Origin: Candidatus Hydrogenedentota bacterium
GTDB taxonomy: Bacteria > Hydrogenedentota > Hydrogenedentia > Hydrogenedentales > JAEUWI01
DNA length: 64,000 bases
NCBI GenBank assembly: GCA_034669905.1
Contig: JAXMOL010000007.1
Span: 128,970 to 192,969 of the forward strand
Direction of reading: 5' to 3'
Shown here: positions 9,800 to 20,214 of the stretch, piece by piece
Layout of the letters: each line of letters begins with the position of its first letter
Position numbering within the stretch: position 1 is the first letter of the stretch
Notes under the pieces: model-generated
Seen by the model: only the letters and a program-made list of their open reading frames with translations
What the model was told of the DNA's origin: nothing
The model's database searches: none
Program-made: the position numbers and the translations under genes

Positions 9800-12130
9800 A
9801 TGAAATTCAGATTGATTGTATGCACGTTTTTGCTCGCCCTGGGGTCAGGAGGCGTTTCCGCAACCGAGTTGGGGGACGTCGCATTCCGACAGGCGCTCCT
9901 CGATGTCGAAACAGACCTGCGCCTCATGTGTGTTGCAGCCCATCCGGATGACGAAGACGGAGCGACCCTGTCCTATTACCGAATGCTTCACGGCATCGAA
10001 ACCCACGCGGTAATTGCGACGCGGGGGGAAGGTGGTCAAAACGAAAAGGGGCCCGAGCTCTACAATGCGCTTGGCGTGATTCGTACCCGCGAGATGCGCG
10101 CCGCTGCCGCCATCGAGGGGGCCCAGCTCCATTTCTTGAATCTGCCGGAATTCGGGTATTCCAAGACGGCCGAAGAGACCCTCGAAATCTGGGGGGAACA
10201 GGTCGCCCTGGAGCGTATGGTGCGGGTCATCCGTGAAACGCGGCCCCACGTCATAATCACCAACCACGGCCGTCTTAAAGACCACGGTCACCACCAGGCC
10301 ATTGGGGCCATTCTTCAGCGCGCCTTCGATGTCGCGGGTGACCCGAGTCAGTTTCCGATCCACCGCAGTCAGGGGCTGGAGCCCTGGCAGCCCTTGCGCC
10401 TCTACATCCGGGATTTCAAGGGCAGCGAAGGGGCGGTGGCCAACGATATCGCCACCCTGGAGCCCATTCGGGGAAAAACGATCGCAGAAATTGCGGCCAG
10501 TGCCCTGGAAGTCCATGAATCCCAGGGGATGCGCTTCTTCATTGACCTCCTCCTGTCGACCCAGCCGCGCTCCTTCTATCAGCTCGTGTTGAACAAGCGC
10601 GTCGGGGACGTGACCGCGAAGCTCACCGGAAGAGGGCCCCTGTTTGAAGGGTTGCCGTGGGTGGAAGATGAGAATCGCCCCCAGTTGGATTCCCGTACCG
10701 TCAGCCGGGAAGCGGCGAAACCGGTCCTCCTGTCCTGGCTCGCCGCGAACGAAGATATGCGCACCGGTTCCTTCGATGAACGGGCCCGTTGGGCGGCGGT
10801 CAATCGGGCCGCCATCCAGGCGGTGGAACTGCGGCTCACGACCTCGTTGAGTGATTCGGTGGCGACACCGGGACAAGATGTAAGCATTTCGGCTTCCTTG
10901 ATTGACTTCGGCGAGCAGGATAGCATCGTCGCGGATATGGAGTTGACCCACCACCATGGTTTGAACGCCCTCGGCCGCCAGAAGGTGGAGGCTCCCCTTC
11001 ATCGCACCGGCACCGCCCAGGGCGAGTTCAAGGTGGCAATCACAGCGGATGCGGACCTGACCTTGCCGCACGCGCCCCGTCTGTTCGACGCCCATTTTCT
11101 GGAGCCACAATTGTCCATTGATGCGGAAGTCATCTGTGGCAATGCCCTGCTCCATCTTACGGCGCCCGTTTATCTCGACGTGGCGGCACCCCTCACCATC
11201 GCATGTCCAGACGCGCCCCTTCTGGTGCGTCCGGCGAATGCCGGGGCCTTCCCGGTTCGACTGCTCGTCACCAACAATACGCCCGACGCATTGGCGGAAT
11301 TCCTGAGTCTCGTCGTACCAGACGGTTGGCAGGTGACGCCGAAGCGGCAATCCCTTTCTCTGGCGCGAGAAGGGGAACAACGCTTTGCCACCTTTTCCGT
11401 CACCCCGCCCGAAGGCGTAGCACCCGGGGATTACCCGTTGGCGGCCCAGGTTGTGGGAGCAACCACATCTACCGAAATTGCGCTGCGTGTAGTCGATGTG
11501 GCGGTGCCGGAGGCGATTCGCGTCGGCGTAATCCAGAGTTACGACGATACCTTCGTGACGACCCTGGAGAAGCTGGGTGTGCCCCACGAGACGCTCCAGA
11601 TCGAGGATTATGTGGAAGAGCGGCTGGATGCCTTCACGGCCATCATTGTGGACATTCGCGCCTACCAGTACCGACCTGATCTGGTGGCCAACAATGCGTC
11701 GTTGCTCGACTATGTGGCCCGCGGGGGCACCCTGCTTGTCATGTACCAGAAGACCTTCGACTGGAATGATTCCTACGCGCCCTATCCCATTACCTTGTCG
11801 CGTAACCGTGTGACCCGTGAGGATGCGCCGATCACGATGCTCGAACCCGCGCATCGGCTCTTTACGACGCCCAACCAAATCGGAGCGGGCGATTGGTCAG
11901 GCTGGCTACAGGAACGGGGACTCTATTTTCCGGTGACCTGGTCCGCAGAGTATACACCGCTGATCGCCACGGCCGATCCGGGAGAAGAGTTGCCTCCCGG
12001 CTCCTATCTCGTGGCCACCCATGGTAAAGGGCAGTATGTGTATACCGCGCTCGGCTGGTATCGTCAACTGCGGATGCTTCATCCCGGTGCCCTGCGCTGT
12101 TTTGCCAATATGCTCACGCCTGCCCCCTGA
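9800..12130 (+). CDS. Secreted multidomain PIG-L (LmbE) family deacetylase
   Basis: Signal peptide. AAHPDDEDG and HGHHQA PIG-L motifs. Central NEW3-like beta domains. C-terminal glutamine-amidotransferase-like/ThuA-like domain. Confidence 0.75.
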   Translation: MKFRLIVCTFLLALGSGGVSATELGDVAFRQALLDVETDLRLMCVAAHPDDEDGATLSYYRMLHGIETHAVIATRGEGGQNEKGPELYNALGVIRTREMRAAAAIEGAQLHFLNLPEFGYSKTAEETLEIWGEQVALERMVRVIRETRPHVIITNHGRLKDHGHHQAIGAILQRAFDVAGDPSQFPIHRSQGLEPWQPLRLYIRDFKGSEGAVANDIATLEPIRGKTIAEIAASALEVHESQGMRFFIDLLLSTQPRSFYQLVLNKRVGDVTAKLTGRGPLFEGLPWVEDENRPQLDSRTVSREAAKPVLLSWLAANEDMRTGSFDERARWAAVNRAAIQAVELRLTTSLSDSVATPGQDVSISASLIDFGEQDSIVADMELTHHHGLNALGRQKVEAPLHRTGTAQGEFKVAITADADLTLPHAPRLFDAHFLEPQLSIDAEVICGNALLHLTAPVYLDVAAPLTIACPDAPLLVRPANAGAFPVRLLVTNNTPDALAEFLSLVVPDGWQVTPKRQSLSLAREGEQRFATFSVTPPEGVAPGDYPLAAQVVGATTSTEIALRVVDVAVPEAIRVGVIQSYDDTFVTTLEKLGVPHETLQIEDYVEERLDAFTAIIVDIRAYQYRPDLVANNASLLDYVARGGTLLVMYQKTFDWNDSYAPYPITLSRNRVTREDAPITMLEPAHRLFTTPNQIGAGDWSGWLQERGLYFPVTWSAEYTPLIATADPGEELPPGSYLVATHGKGQYVYTALGWYRQLRMLHPGALRCFANMLTPAP

Positions 12131-12212
12131 GTCTTGGTTGATACGGGGTATTCGACCGAGAGAATCCAGAATTACTTGTCCGTCGGCGCGGAAATCCTGT
12201 GCTATAGTGTAA

Positions 12213-13673
12213 GTGGCCGGGCAGGTTCGCAGTGAGACGGAAGCCACTGTCCAGGGAATTTCAGGTGGAAGGGTCGTATCATTGAGGCATAACATTCTCA
12301 TCGTAGACGATGCGGAAATGAACGTAAAGATACTCGATCGCATGCTATCCGAGCTGGGCCATTGCATTGTGCCCGCCTACTCGGGCGAAGAGGCGCTTGC
12401 GCTTGCTGACAAGCATGACTTTTCGGTCGTGCTGCTCGACGTCAAGATGCCCGGGATGGACGGATACGAAGTGGCCCGGCGTCTCCGTGAAAAAACGGCA
12501 CCGAATTATCTTCCCATCCTCTTCGTAACCGCCTCGGCCGACCAGGAGGTCGAAGTAACCGATGGGTATACGTCCGGCGGTGTGGATTATCTGATCAAGC
12601 CGGTTAAGCCCGCGATCGTGCGCCGAAAGGTAGAGATTTTCTGCCAACTCCAGGAGAAGGAAAAGCAGATTGGTGCCCAGTTAACCCGTATCGAAGCGCA
12701 GAAAGCCCAGCTGGAAACCCAGTTGGATGAAATGCGCCTGCTGGAATCGGCCCGCGTAGAGAGTGAAATTCGTTATCGCTCGCTGGTGAGCCTCTCTCCC
12801 CAGCCCATCATCGTACAAGTCGGTGGAGAGTTGGTTTTTTACAATACGTCGGCCATGCACCTGTTCGGGGTCTTCGAAGATTCTGCGATGACGGGGCGAC
12901 CATTTCATAGCTTCGTTGTTGAGGAAGACCGACACGGCGTACAGCAGTGGATCGAGGAGATAGAGCGACGAGGAGGGCGCAGCGAGCCTATCGAGTGCAC
13001 CTTAGAGTCCCATGATCCCACCCGGGAAAAGCGGCAGGTGGAACTGCACGCCTGTTGCATCCTCTATGATGATAAAGAGGGGGTGCAGATGGCCATTCAA
13101 GATGTTACCGAGCACAAAATCATGGCCGAGAAGTTGCGCACGTTATCACAGGTGGACGGGCTGACCGGCGTCTGGAATCGGCGCAGTTTTGATGAGCAGA
13201 TTGAAAAAGAGATCCGGCGCCACATTCGCAGCGAAAAGTCGTTGGGGCTCATCATGATCGATCTTGATCAGTTTAAGAAATTCAACGACAATTATGGCCA
13301 TCATGAAGGGGATGGTTGTCTCAAAGGGACTGCGGATGCCATGCAGAAGGTGTGCGCCCGACCCGCCGACATGGTATCCCGTTACGGCGGGGAAGAGTTC
13401 GTTGTGCTACTTCCAGAAACCGGTGCGGAAGGGGCCAAACACCTGGCCTCCAGGCTGGTGGCCGAGGTCCATGCATTGGGGATCCGCCACGAACACAACC
13501 GTGGTCACGGGGTGGTGACCATCAGTTGTGGCGTGACGTCTCAGGTTCCCGGTCGCGATGCGACGCCCGCGCAATTCATCGAAGCGGCGGACGGCGCCCT
13601 TTATTTTACGAAGCAGAATGGCGGCAATGGCGCGTATCTGGACACCGAGGCCAATACTTCGGTGGATTCGTAA
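12213..13673 (+). CDS. Response regulator receiver-PAS-GGDEF diguanylate cyclase
   Basis: REC domain (ILIVDD...LLDVKMPGMDG). Coiled coil and PAS. GGDEF domain (RYGGEEFVVLL). Confidence 0.85.
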   Translation: MAGQVRSETEATVQGISGGRVVSLRHNILIVDDAEMNVKILDRMLSELGHCIVPAYSGEEALALADKHDFSVVLLDVKMPGMDGYEVARRLREKTAPNYLPILFVTASADQEVEVTDGYTSGGVDYLIKPVKPAIVRRKVEIFCQLQEKEKQIGAQLTRIEAQKAQLETQLDEMRLLESARVESEIRYRSLVSLSPQPIIVQVGGELVFYNTSAMHLFGVFEDSAMTGRPFHSFVVEEDRHGVQQWIEEIERRGGRSEPIECTLESHDPTREKRQVELHACCILYDDKEGVQMAIQDVTEHKIMAEKLRTLSQVDGLTGVWNRRSFDEQIEKEIRRHIRSEKSLGLIMIDLDQFKKFNDNYGHHEGDGCLKGTADAMQKVCARPADMVSRYGGEEFVVLLPETGAEGAKHLASRLVAEVHALGIRHEHNRGHGVVTISCGVTSQVPGRDATPAQFIEAADGALYFTKQNGGNGAYLDTEANTSVDS

Positions 13674-13685
13674 GAGGTGTTTCCC

Positions 13686-15338
13686 CTAGGCGGGGGCAAC
13701 GACCCGGATTATCCGGTGCGCCCGAAATACCTGCCCAAACATGTCGGTCGTTTCGACCTCGATGAGGTGATAGCCGACCTTCATGTTTGCCGGTAGATTG
13801 GCCTTCCAGAGGTGGGCGGTTTCGCGGGGCCCGGGGGTGCTGCGACCCACCAGGTGGGCCCGCTTGTTAAAGCTCTTCTTCAGTGCCTTCGTGTCGGGCG
13901 TTTCCACGCCATCCAGTTGGGCGAATTCGGCCGCGATGGCCATTTCCCGTTCATGATTTGCCACCACATAGGGGTCTTTTCCGTCAAAGCGCGTCATGGG
14001 GCGCCACGCTTCCTCACCCTGAAGGCGCATACGGGCTGTAGAGCGCTCGGACCCAGCGAATATGTTGGCAATGACCTCCGTATTGCCCGATTCTGCCGGC
14101 GTCACCGATTCGGGGGCCGCGATGTGCATTTGGTAATCTGCCGGGCGGCGGGCCGCTTTGTAGCGAATGCTGTAATCGGCCCCATCAAAGGTAATAATGG
14201 CGTAGCCATTGGGCGTGCCATCCGACATGGTTGTATGAGGGATGCCCAATTCATCGAAGCTGCCGGTCCACCAGGCGCCGCAGGCGGTGCCCTGTACCAG
14301 ATGATGGTGTTTGTCTTCACGGGGCCAGTCTTCCGCGGCTCCGAGGAAGAAGTGGCCCTGGCGATGCCAATGGGCCGCGATCGTAAAGTTCTTGGGGAAG
14401 GGCTTGAGTAACTCAAACAACTGCGCCCGGTCCACCACATCCTGCAGCGGGATGTGCATGACTGCCACGACCAGATGATCCTTGGGCACCAACGCCAGGT
14501 CCGCTTCAATGAATGCGAGTTGGTCGGCACCCAGTTCCCCATGATAGCGGCGGTTTTCGACTTCCCAGTAGATGTCGTTTAAGACCAGGAAATGGACCTT
14601 GCCATGATTAAAACTGTAGTAGGGCGGGCCGAATACGCGGGTGTACGTTTCCGCCTCATGGGCGTAGTCCGGGGTGTCGTAATTGATGTCGTGGTTGCCG
14701 ATAACATGGTGCCAGGGCATGCCCAGGAGGCCCACGCTCTGTGCAATCTCCGGTTGCATGGCCAGGTTATCAAATACCAGATCGCCCAGGGTGAGACCAA
14801 AGGCCGCGTCGACCCCGATCAGTTCTTCCAGGACGTCATGGGATATGAAATCCACTTCCTGTTGATTACGCGGCTGCGTATCGCCAAAACACACCACGTC
14901 GAAACTCCCCGACTCGGACTGGGGGGTCAGGGGGAAGTCAATGGCCTCTGGCAGATCGCCGGTTGGGGCGATCCCGGGAAACTTGTAGTCCGGCGACCCG
15001 GTTGGCCGGTGCACGTAGAAGTGGCGGGGCAGCGAGGTGACCGGATCGAGCGCCACCTGCCACTGGGAGGGTTTGATGACGAACACGATGCCTTCATCGC
15101 CGATCTCCAGCGTGTAGCGGCCCGCCGCGTCTGTCGCGACGACCGCCGTGCCATTGGATACGCCCACATTGGCGATACCAGGTTCCGAGGCATCACGGGT
15201 GCCATTGTGGTTCTGGTCGTGGAAAACCTGCCCGGAGATGGTAGCGGCCGTTGCGCTGCTCGCACAGAGCAGGGCGGCCAAATAGCGGGAAGGGGCTACC
15301 AATGAACGAAAGGGTATCAGCATGTTGAGGAACTCCAA
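13686..15338 (-). CDS. Secreted calcineurin-like metallophosphoesterase with N-terminal Ig-like/SdrD-B-like domain
   Basis: Signal peptide. Motifs GDTQ, GDLVFD, GNHD and HxH-type motifs. Confidence 0.75.
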   Translation of the reverse strand: MEFLNMLIPFRSLVAPSRYLAALLCASSATAATISGQVFHDQNHNGTRDASEPGIANVGVSNGTAVVATDAAGRYTLEIGDEGIVFVIKPSQWQVALDPVTSLPRHFYVHRPTGSPDYKFPGIAPTGDLPEAIDFPLTPQSESGSFDVVCFGDTQPRNQQEVDFISHDVLEELIGVDAAFGLTLGDLVFDNLAMQPEIAQSVGLLGMPWHHVIGNHDINYDTPDYAHEAETYTRVFGPPYYSFNHGKVHFLVLNDIYWEVENRRYHGELGADQLAFIEADLALVPKDHLVVAVMHIPLQDVVDRAQLFELLKPFPKNFTIAAHWHRQGHFFLGAAEDWPREDKHHHLVQGTACGAWWTGSFDELGIPHTTMSDGTPNGYAIITFDGADYSIRYKAARRPADYQMHIAAPESVTPAESGNTEVIANIFAGSERSTARMRLQGEEAWRPMTRFDGKDPYVVANHEREMAIAAEFAQLDGVETPDTKALKKSFNKRAHLVGRSTPGPRETAHLWKANLPANMKVGYHLIEVETTDMFGQVFRAHRIIRVVAPA

Positions 15339-15373
15339 GTTGGAATAGAATAGAACGTCAGGGTGTTAGCCCG

Positions 15374-15406
15374 TTGAACCTACCCCAGCAGGTGTAGTAG
15401 GTTCAA
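15374..15406. promoter_or_regulatory. perfect 10-bp inverted repeat TTGAACCTAC-N13-GTAGGTTCAA in divergent promoter region
   Basis: Lies between the metallophosphoesterase start (15338, minus strand) and the tpx start (15479, plus strand). Confidence 0.35.
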
Positions 15407-15478
15407 GACGGAAAAACTAACCACTACAGCAAAGTCCGCCCGGAAGGGGGGCTGATGCTAACCCAGGAGAAACCTACC

Positions 15479-15994
15479 ATGAGCGAACGTACCGGTGAAT
15501 TGACCTTCAAAGGTGGCCCTTTGACCCTCCTTGGAAGTCGTGTGTCTGTGGGGGCTCCCGCGCCGGAGTTCACCTTGCTGGCCAACGATCTCTCCCCTGT
15601 GACGTTGGCAGACTCTGCCGGAAAGGTGCGACTGCTCAGTGTGGTGCCCTCCCTCGACACCGGTGTTTGTGATGCCCAGACCCGTCGTTTCAACGAAGCG
15701 GCCGCCGAATTGGGCGACAACGTGGTGGTCTTGACCATCAGTGCTGACCTGCCCTTTGCCCAGGCCCGTTGGTGTGGTGCCGCCGGAGTGGATCAGGTGC
15801 AGACCCTCTCTGACCATTTCGACCTTAATTTCGGAGACAGCTATGGCGTCCACATCAAAGAACTGCGCCTGGATACGCGGGCAATTTTCGTGGTGGATTC
15901 CAGTGGCACCATCGTCCATGCGGAATACGTACCTGAAATGACCGATCATCCCGACTACGACGCTGCGCTGGCCGCTGCCAAGGCCGCGAGCTAG
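15479..15994 (+). CDS. tpx: Thiol peroxidase (atypical 2-Cys peroxiredoxin Tpx)
   Basis: [15 protein letters not shown] active-site context. About 171 aa. The start at [10 protein letters not shown] was chosen over the longer track ORF. Confidence 0.85.
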   Translation: MSERTGELTFKGGPLTLLGSRVSVGAPAPEFTLLANDLSPVTLADSAGKVRLLSVVPSLDTGVCDAQTRRFNEAAAELGDNVVVLTISADLPFAQARWCGAAGVDQVQTLSDHFDLNFGDSYGVHIKELRLDTRAIFVVDSSGTIVHAEYVPEMTDHPDYDAALAAAKAAS

Positions 15995-16018
15995 TCGATA
16001 TTTCAACCGAAATTGGTT

Positions 16019-16068
16019 TCGGGGGCCCCTGCAACGCCTGGCGTTCGGGGGCCCCCGATCTGTATTTA
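16019..16068 (+). terminator. rho-independent terminator after tpx
   Basis: Long GC hairpin CGGGGGCCCCTGCAACGCC..GGCGTTCGGGGGCCCCCG followed by a T-rich tract. Confidence 0.45.
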
Positions 16069-16255
16069 ATGATATTTTCCCTTCCCAGACACGCTAACCC
16101 CGTGTATAATAAGGTCTTTCATTGTATGTCGTGTCGGATTAAGTGACATCGGCCCCCTGATCGGGCGGCAAAACAGGGGCAGAAGGGGCGTGTTTGACGC
16201 GTGTGACCGTGAATAGGCATTATATAGGCCCCAACTGTTGGAGTGAAAAGGCTGC

Positions 16256-16996
16256 ATGAATATGGATTATCAGGCGGGCGATGCCCATCAAGAAAAGCTC
16301 GACGCAGATGCCGTCTGTATTCAATGTGGCACCGTAAACTCCGAGGGCACCCTGCTTTGCAAGGTTTGTGGTAACAACCTTCGTGATCAGCGTGTTCGTC
16401 GTCTCGCCTCGGATCAGGCCCTCGAATCGGCTACCGCCGGGCCCCGCCGCAAGGTTTGGGCTTCCGCGCTACTCTTCGTGCTGGCGGTGGCGTTAATTAT
16501 TTCGACCCTCTTCAATCAGGACATGATTGTAAGCTGGCTTATGGATGTTCAGGCAGGTACCCACCTGGGACCTGCCGATCTCTGGAATGGTGCGCCGAGT
16601 ACGGCACTGGACGAGCTTGCCGATGGGCTTGGCGCCGAACTGCCCCCCGAAGAGTTGGCGCTTCAGACACGCGAAGCACCCAGTCCGGGGGACTCTATGA
16701 GTGGTAAGTATGTATTGTTTTCAAACGAGCGCTATGTGGGGGTGGCCAACGTTCGCGAAACAGGAAATTCCCTTCAATTAGTTGCGGTACTGGGTACCGG
16801 GGAGGAGCTGCGGGGGCTGGCTACCCTGCAGGGGGACTATTACGTGATGGTGCCAGAGTCGGGGGGCATCGAATTGGGACGTCGAATTATTGCCGTTCAA
16901 GGCGTTGCGTCCCCCGTGGCCAGTGGTGTCGTAGAATGTGTGGGAGACGACAGCCGAAGCCGCTATACGTGTATGGCCTATCGGCTCCCCGCCTGA
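16256..16996 (+). CDS. hypothetical membrane-anchored protein with N-terminal zinc-ribbon
   Basis: CIQCG...CKVCG pair, then a TM (ALLFVLAVALIISTLF), then a soluble domain. Confidence 0.6.
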   Translation: MNMDYQAGDAHQEKLDADAVCIQCGTVNSEGTLLCKVCGNNLRDQRVRRLASDQALESATAGPRRKVWASALLFVLAVALIISTLFNQDMIVSWLMDVQAGTHLGPADLWNGAPSTALDELADGLGAELPPEELALQTREAPSPGDSMSGKYVLFSNERYVGVANVRETGNSLQLVAVLGTGEELRGLATLQGDYYVMVPESGGIELGRRIIAVQGVASPVASGVVECVGDDSRSRYTCMAYRLPA

Positions 16997-17114
16997 CCCC
17001 TCCTTAATTAGCAAAGCCCCAGTCCGGGGACCATGGTGCAACACCGACGGCTCGTTGCACCGTATCCCGTTACCCTCGAAAAACCCTGGTGGTTTTTCCG
17101 GAGTCTGAAAACCC

Positions 17115-18035
17115 ATGTCAAAACCCGGATTCATGAATCGGCTCAAGAGCAAGCTGGAGAAGACGCGCACCAATCTGGTGGGCAACGTCAAGCGCGCGAT
17201 GGGTCGGCCCCACATCGACGAAGAGGCCTTTACCGCCCTGGAAGAAACCCTGATCGCAGCCGACGTTGGCGTGAGTACGACCCTCCAGATTGTGGAGGAC
17301 ATGCGCGCCGCCGTCACGGAAAAAAATCTGCAGGATGGGGAGGCCCTTATTGCCCAGCTGAAGGAAGAGCTCAAGACCCTGCTGGCACCGGGCGATCACG
17401 AACTCCATTGGTCGACATCCGAAGGGCCCCATGTGACCCTGGTGATGGGCGTAAATGGCTCCGGCAAGACAACGACCACCGGTAAACTGGCGGCAAAGCT
17501 CACTTCGGAGGGCAAGAATGTACTGCTGGGTGCGGCGGACACCTTTCGGGCCGCTGCCGCGGAACAGTTGCAGATTTGGGGCGAGCGGAGTGGTGCGACC
17601 GTCATCAGCCACCAGGAGGGTGCCGACCCGGCTTCCGTCGCCTTTGACGCCGCCGATGCCGCCGTGGCCCGCTCCGTCGACAACCTGCTTATTGATACGG
17701 CCGGCCGCCTGCACAACAAAGTAAACCTCATGGAAGAACTCAAGAAGATTCAGCGGGTCATCCAGCGTCGGATTCCGGCGGCTCCCCACGAAGTCTTGCT
17801 GGTGCTCGATGCCACTACGGGCCAGAACGGTCTCGAACAGGCCCGTCAGTTTACCGAGGCCATCGCGGTGACAGGTATCATCCTGACCAAGCTGGATGGC
17901 ACCGCCAAAGGTGGCATGTTGATTGCCATTCAGCGAGAGCTTGGTATTCCCATCAAGATGATCGGTATCGGCGAGGGGGTGGATGATCTGGATGTCTTCG
18001 ACGCCGAAGAATTTGTTGAGGCATTGTTCTCCTGA
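17115..18035 (+). CDS. ftsY: Signal recognition particle receptor FtsY
   Basis: NG domain with GVNGSGKTTT and DTAGR motifs. The 652-aa antisense ORF 17118-19076 is an artefact. Confidence 0.9.
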   Translation: MSKPGFMNRLKSKLEKTRTNLVGNVKRAMGRPHIDEEAFTALEETLIAADVGVSTTLQIVEDMRAAVTEKNLQDGEALIAQLKEELKTLLAPGDHELHWSTSEGPHVTLVMGVNGSGKTTTTGKLAAKLTSEGKNVLLGAADTFRAAAAEQLQIWGERSGATVISHQEGADPASVAFDAADAAVARSVDNLLIDTAGRLHNKVNLMEELKKIQRVIQRRIPAAPHEVLLVLDATTGQNGLEQARQFTEAIAVTGIILTKLDGTAKGGMLIAIQRELGIPIKMIGIGEGVDDLDVFDAEEFVEALFS

Positions 18036-18158
18036 CCCGGTGACCTGCCGTACCCCAATGCGCCCCGGCGGTTTGCATCGTTTCGTAACCGGCGGTAGAA
18101 TACCCCACGCTGTCCCCCCCAAGCATACCCGTTTCCGCGCCAGGAAGGAGTAGAATCT

Positions 18159-19559
18159 ATGGCCCTGTGTTTTTACGACACACTTTCCCGAAAAAAAGAA
18201 GTCTTTGAACCCCTCGAATCCGGGAAGGTGGGTCTCTACACCTGTGGGCCCACGATCTACAACTATGCCCACATTGGCAATTTCCGGGCCTACATGTTTG
18301 AAGATCTGCTGAGCCGCTACCTCCAGTTTCGGGGGTATCAGGTGCGACACATCATGAACCTGACCGACGTGGAAGACAAGCTCATCCGCACCTGTCGCGA
18401 GACGGGGGAGTCGCTTCAAACCCTCACCACGCGCTATGCCAATGCCTTCTTCGAAGACCTGGATACCTTGGGCATCCAGCGTGCCGAAGCCTATCCCGCG
18501 GCCACTGATCACATCGATGAGATGGTGGCTATGATCAAAACCCTGCGGGAAAAGGGCCATACCTATGAGGTCGACGGGAGCATCTATTTTCGCCTGAGCT
18601 CCTACGAAGACTATGGCAAGCTCAGTCACATGGATTTGGAAGAACTGCGTGACGGTGCCAGTGGCCGGGTGGACAATGACGAATATGAGGCCGATTCGGC
18701 CCGCGATTTCGTCTTGTGGAAGGCCTATGTCGAAGAAGACGGCGACGTGTTCTGGGAAACGGAACTGGGGAAAGGCCGTCCCGGGTGGCACATTGAGTGT
18801 TCTGCCATGAGCGTCAAATACCTGGGCGAGCACTTCGATATCCACTGTGGTGGCGTGGACAATATCTTCCCGCACCACGAAAATGAAATTGCCCAGTCCT
18901 GCTGTGCGACGGGGGCGCAGTTCGTCAATTACTGGCTTCACTGTGCGCACCTCGTCGTCGACGGGAAAAAAATGTCCAAGTCGCTGGGGAATTTCTATAC
19001 CCTGCGCGATCTGGTGGAGAAGGGGATCGACCCCGTGGCGATACGCTGGGTATTGATTTCCACCCACTATCGTCAACCCAATAACTTCGCCTTTGATGCC
19101 GTGGACGCCGCGAAGCAGGCCCTGCAGCGCATCCGTGACTTTCGCCGTCGCCTGACCGAGTGTCAGGGGGCCGGGGAAGCGCTCCAGCCTGAGTGCACGG
19201 CGTGCGAAGAAGAATTCATCAAGGCGATGGATGACGATCTGAATATTTCTGGTGCCCTCGGGGCCGTATTCGAATTTGTACGGGCCGTGAATAAGGCGCT
19301 GGACGAGGGACGTGCCGGTGCGGAGGGGGCAAAGAATGCCCTGGCCCTCCTGGATCGGCTTAATGAGGTCACGGGGCTCTTTGGCGACGCCGATGGCGCA
19401 GAGGAGGCCCCCGAAGCGATTATCGCGCTGGTCAATCAGCGGCAGCAGGCGCGTCGGGACAAGGATTTCGCCCTGGCGGATGAGATTCGTGATCGACTCG
19501 CGGCAGAAGGCTGGGTTATCGAAGATACGCCTGATGGCGCCCGCGTAAAGCGGATATAG
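18159..19559 (+). CDS. cysS: Cysteine--tRNA ligase
   Basis: HIGN and KMSKS motifs. 466 aa. Confidence 0.92.
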   Translation: MALCFYDTLSRKKEVFEPLESGKVGLYTCGPTIYNYAHIGNFRAYMFEDLLSRYLQFRGYQVRHIMNLTDVEDKLIRTCRETGESLQTLTTRYANAFFEDLDTLGIQRAEAYPAATDHIDEMVAMIKTLREKGHTYEVDGSIYFRLSSYEDYGKLSHMDLEELRDGASGRVDNDEYEADSARDFVLWKAYVEEDGDVFWETELGKGRPGWHIECSAMSVKYLGEHFDIHCGGVDNIFPHHENEIAQSCCATGAQFVNYWLHCAHLVVDGKKMSKSLGNFYTLRDLVEKGIDPVAIRWVLISTHYRQPNNFAFDAVDAAKQALQRIRDFRRRLTECQGAGEALQPECTACEEEFIKAMDDDLNISGALGAVFEFVRAVNKALDEGRAGAEGAKNALALLDRLNEVTGLFGDADGAEEAPEAIIALVNQRQQARRDKDFALADEIRDRLAAEGWVIEDTPDGARVKRI

Positions 19560-19623
19560 GCGACCGGCGCGGGAACAGGTGAATCCCGGCGGGGAACCTT
19601 TGCTGTCGCTTCGGGTTTAAGCA

Positions 19624-20214
19624 GTGGACGATGAGGTTCGCCCCGGTATGAGCGAAATCGAAGATTGGGCGTTGGTAGCCCGCGCGCAGGGGGGCGATAT
19701 GGACGCCTTCCACGTGCTGATTGTGCGCTATCAACGGCCAGTTGTTCATTTCTGTTTTCGCATGCTCCAATCGGAGCAGGACGCGGAAGACGTGGCCCAG
19801 GAAGTCTTTGTCCGGGTCTATCGTTATCTGGGTCGCCTCACGCCACAGGCAAAGTTCTCGACGGTACTCTTCGGTATTGCCCGAAATCTCTGCCTGAATT
19901 TTATCCGGGATATGAAACGTCGTGGACGCGGTATGGGCCAGCCCCTGGATTCCCAGCCTGAGCTGGAGTCCAGCGTGCGCTCGCCGTCTCAGGAAGTCCA
20001 CCTGAGAGAAGTAGAGGCCTGTATCGCAGCGGCGATGTCCGAGTTGTCCGATGACCATCGTATGGTGCTGTACCTTCGCGACGTGGAGGGCCTGGATTAT
20101 GATGGCATCGCCCAGGTTATGAAGTGTCGTAAGGGCACGGTTCGAAGTCGCTTGGCCCGGGCCCGTGAGCAATTGCGCCAACACCTGATTCACTATGGAG
20201 ACGACCTGCTATGA
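19624..20214 (+). CDS. ECF (sigma-70 family) RNA polymerase sigma factor
   Basis: Region 2 and region 4 ECF pattern. 4-nt overlap with the downstream anti-sigma gene. Confidence 0.85.
   Translation: MDDEVRPGMSEIEDWALVARAQGGDMDAFHVLIVRYQRPVVHFCFRMLQSEQDAEDVAQEVFVRVYRYLGRLTPQAKFSTVLFGIARNLCLNFIRDMKRRGRGMGQPLDSQPELESSVRSPSQEVHLREVEACIAAAMSELSDDHRMVLYLRDVEGLDYDGIAQVMKCRKGTVRSRLARAREQLRQHLIHYGDDLL

Noticed and set aside
9845-11878. 677-aa minus-strand ORF overlapping the PIG-L deacetylase gene
   Set aside because: Antisense. No motifs. The forward gene has a signal peptide and conserved PIG-L motifs.
17118-19076. 652-aa minus-strand ORF spanning ftsY and cysS
   Set aside because: Antisense to two well-supported conserved genes. 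No recognisable domains and Arg/Gly/Pro-rich junk composition typical of high-GC antisense frames.
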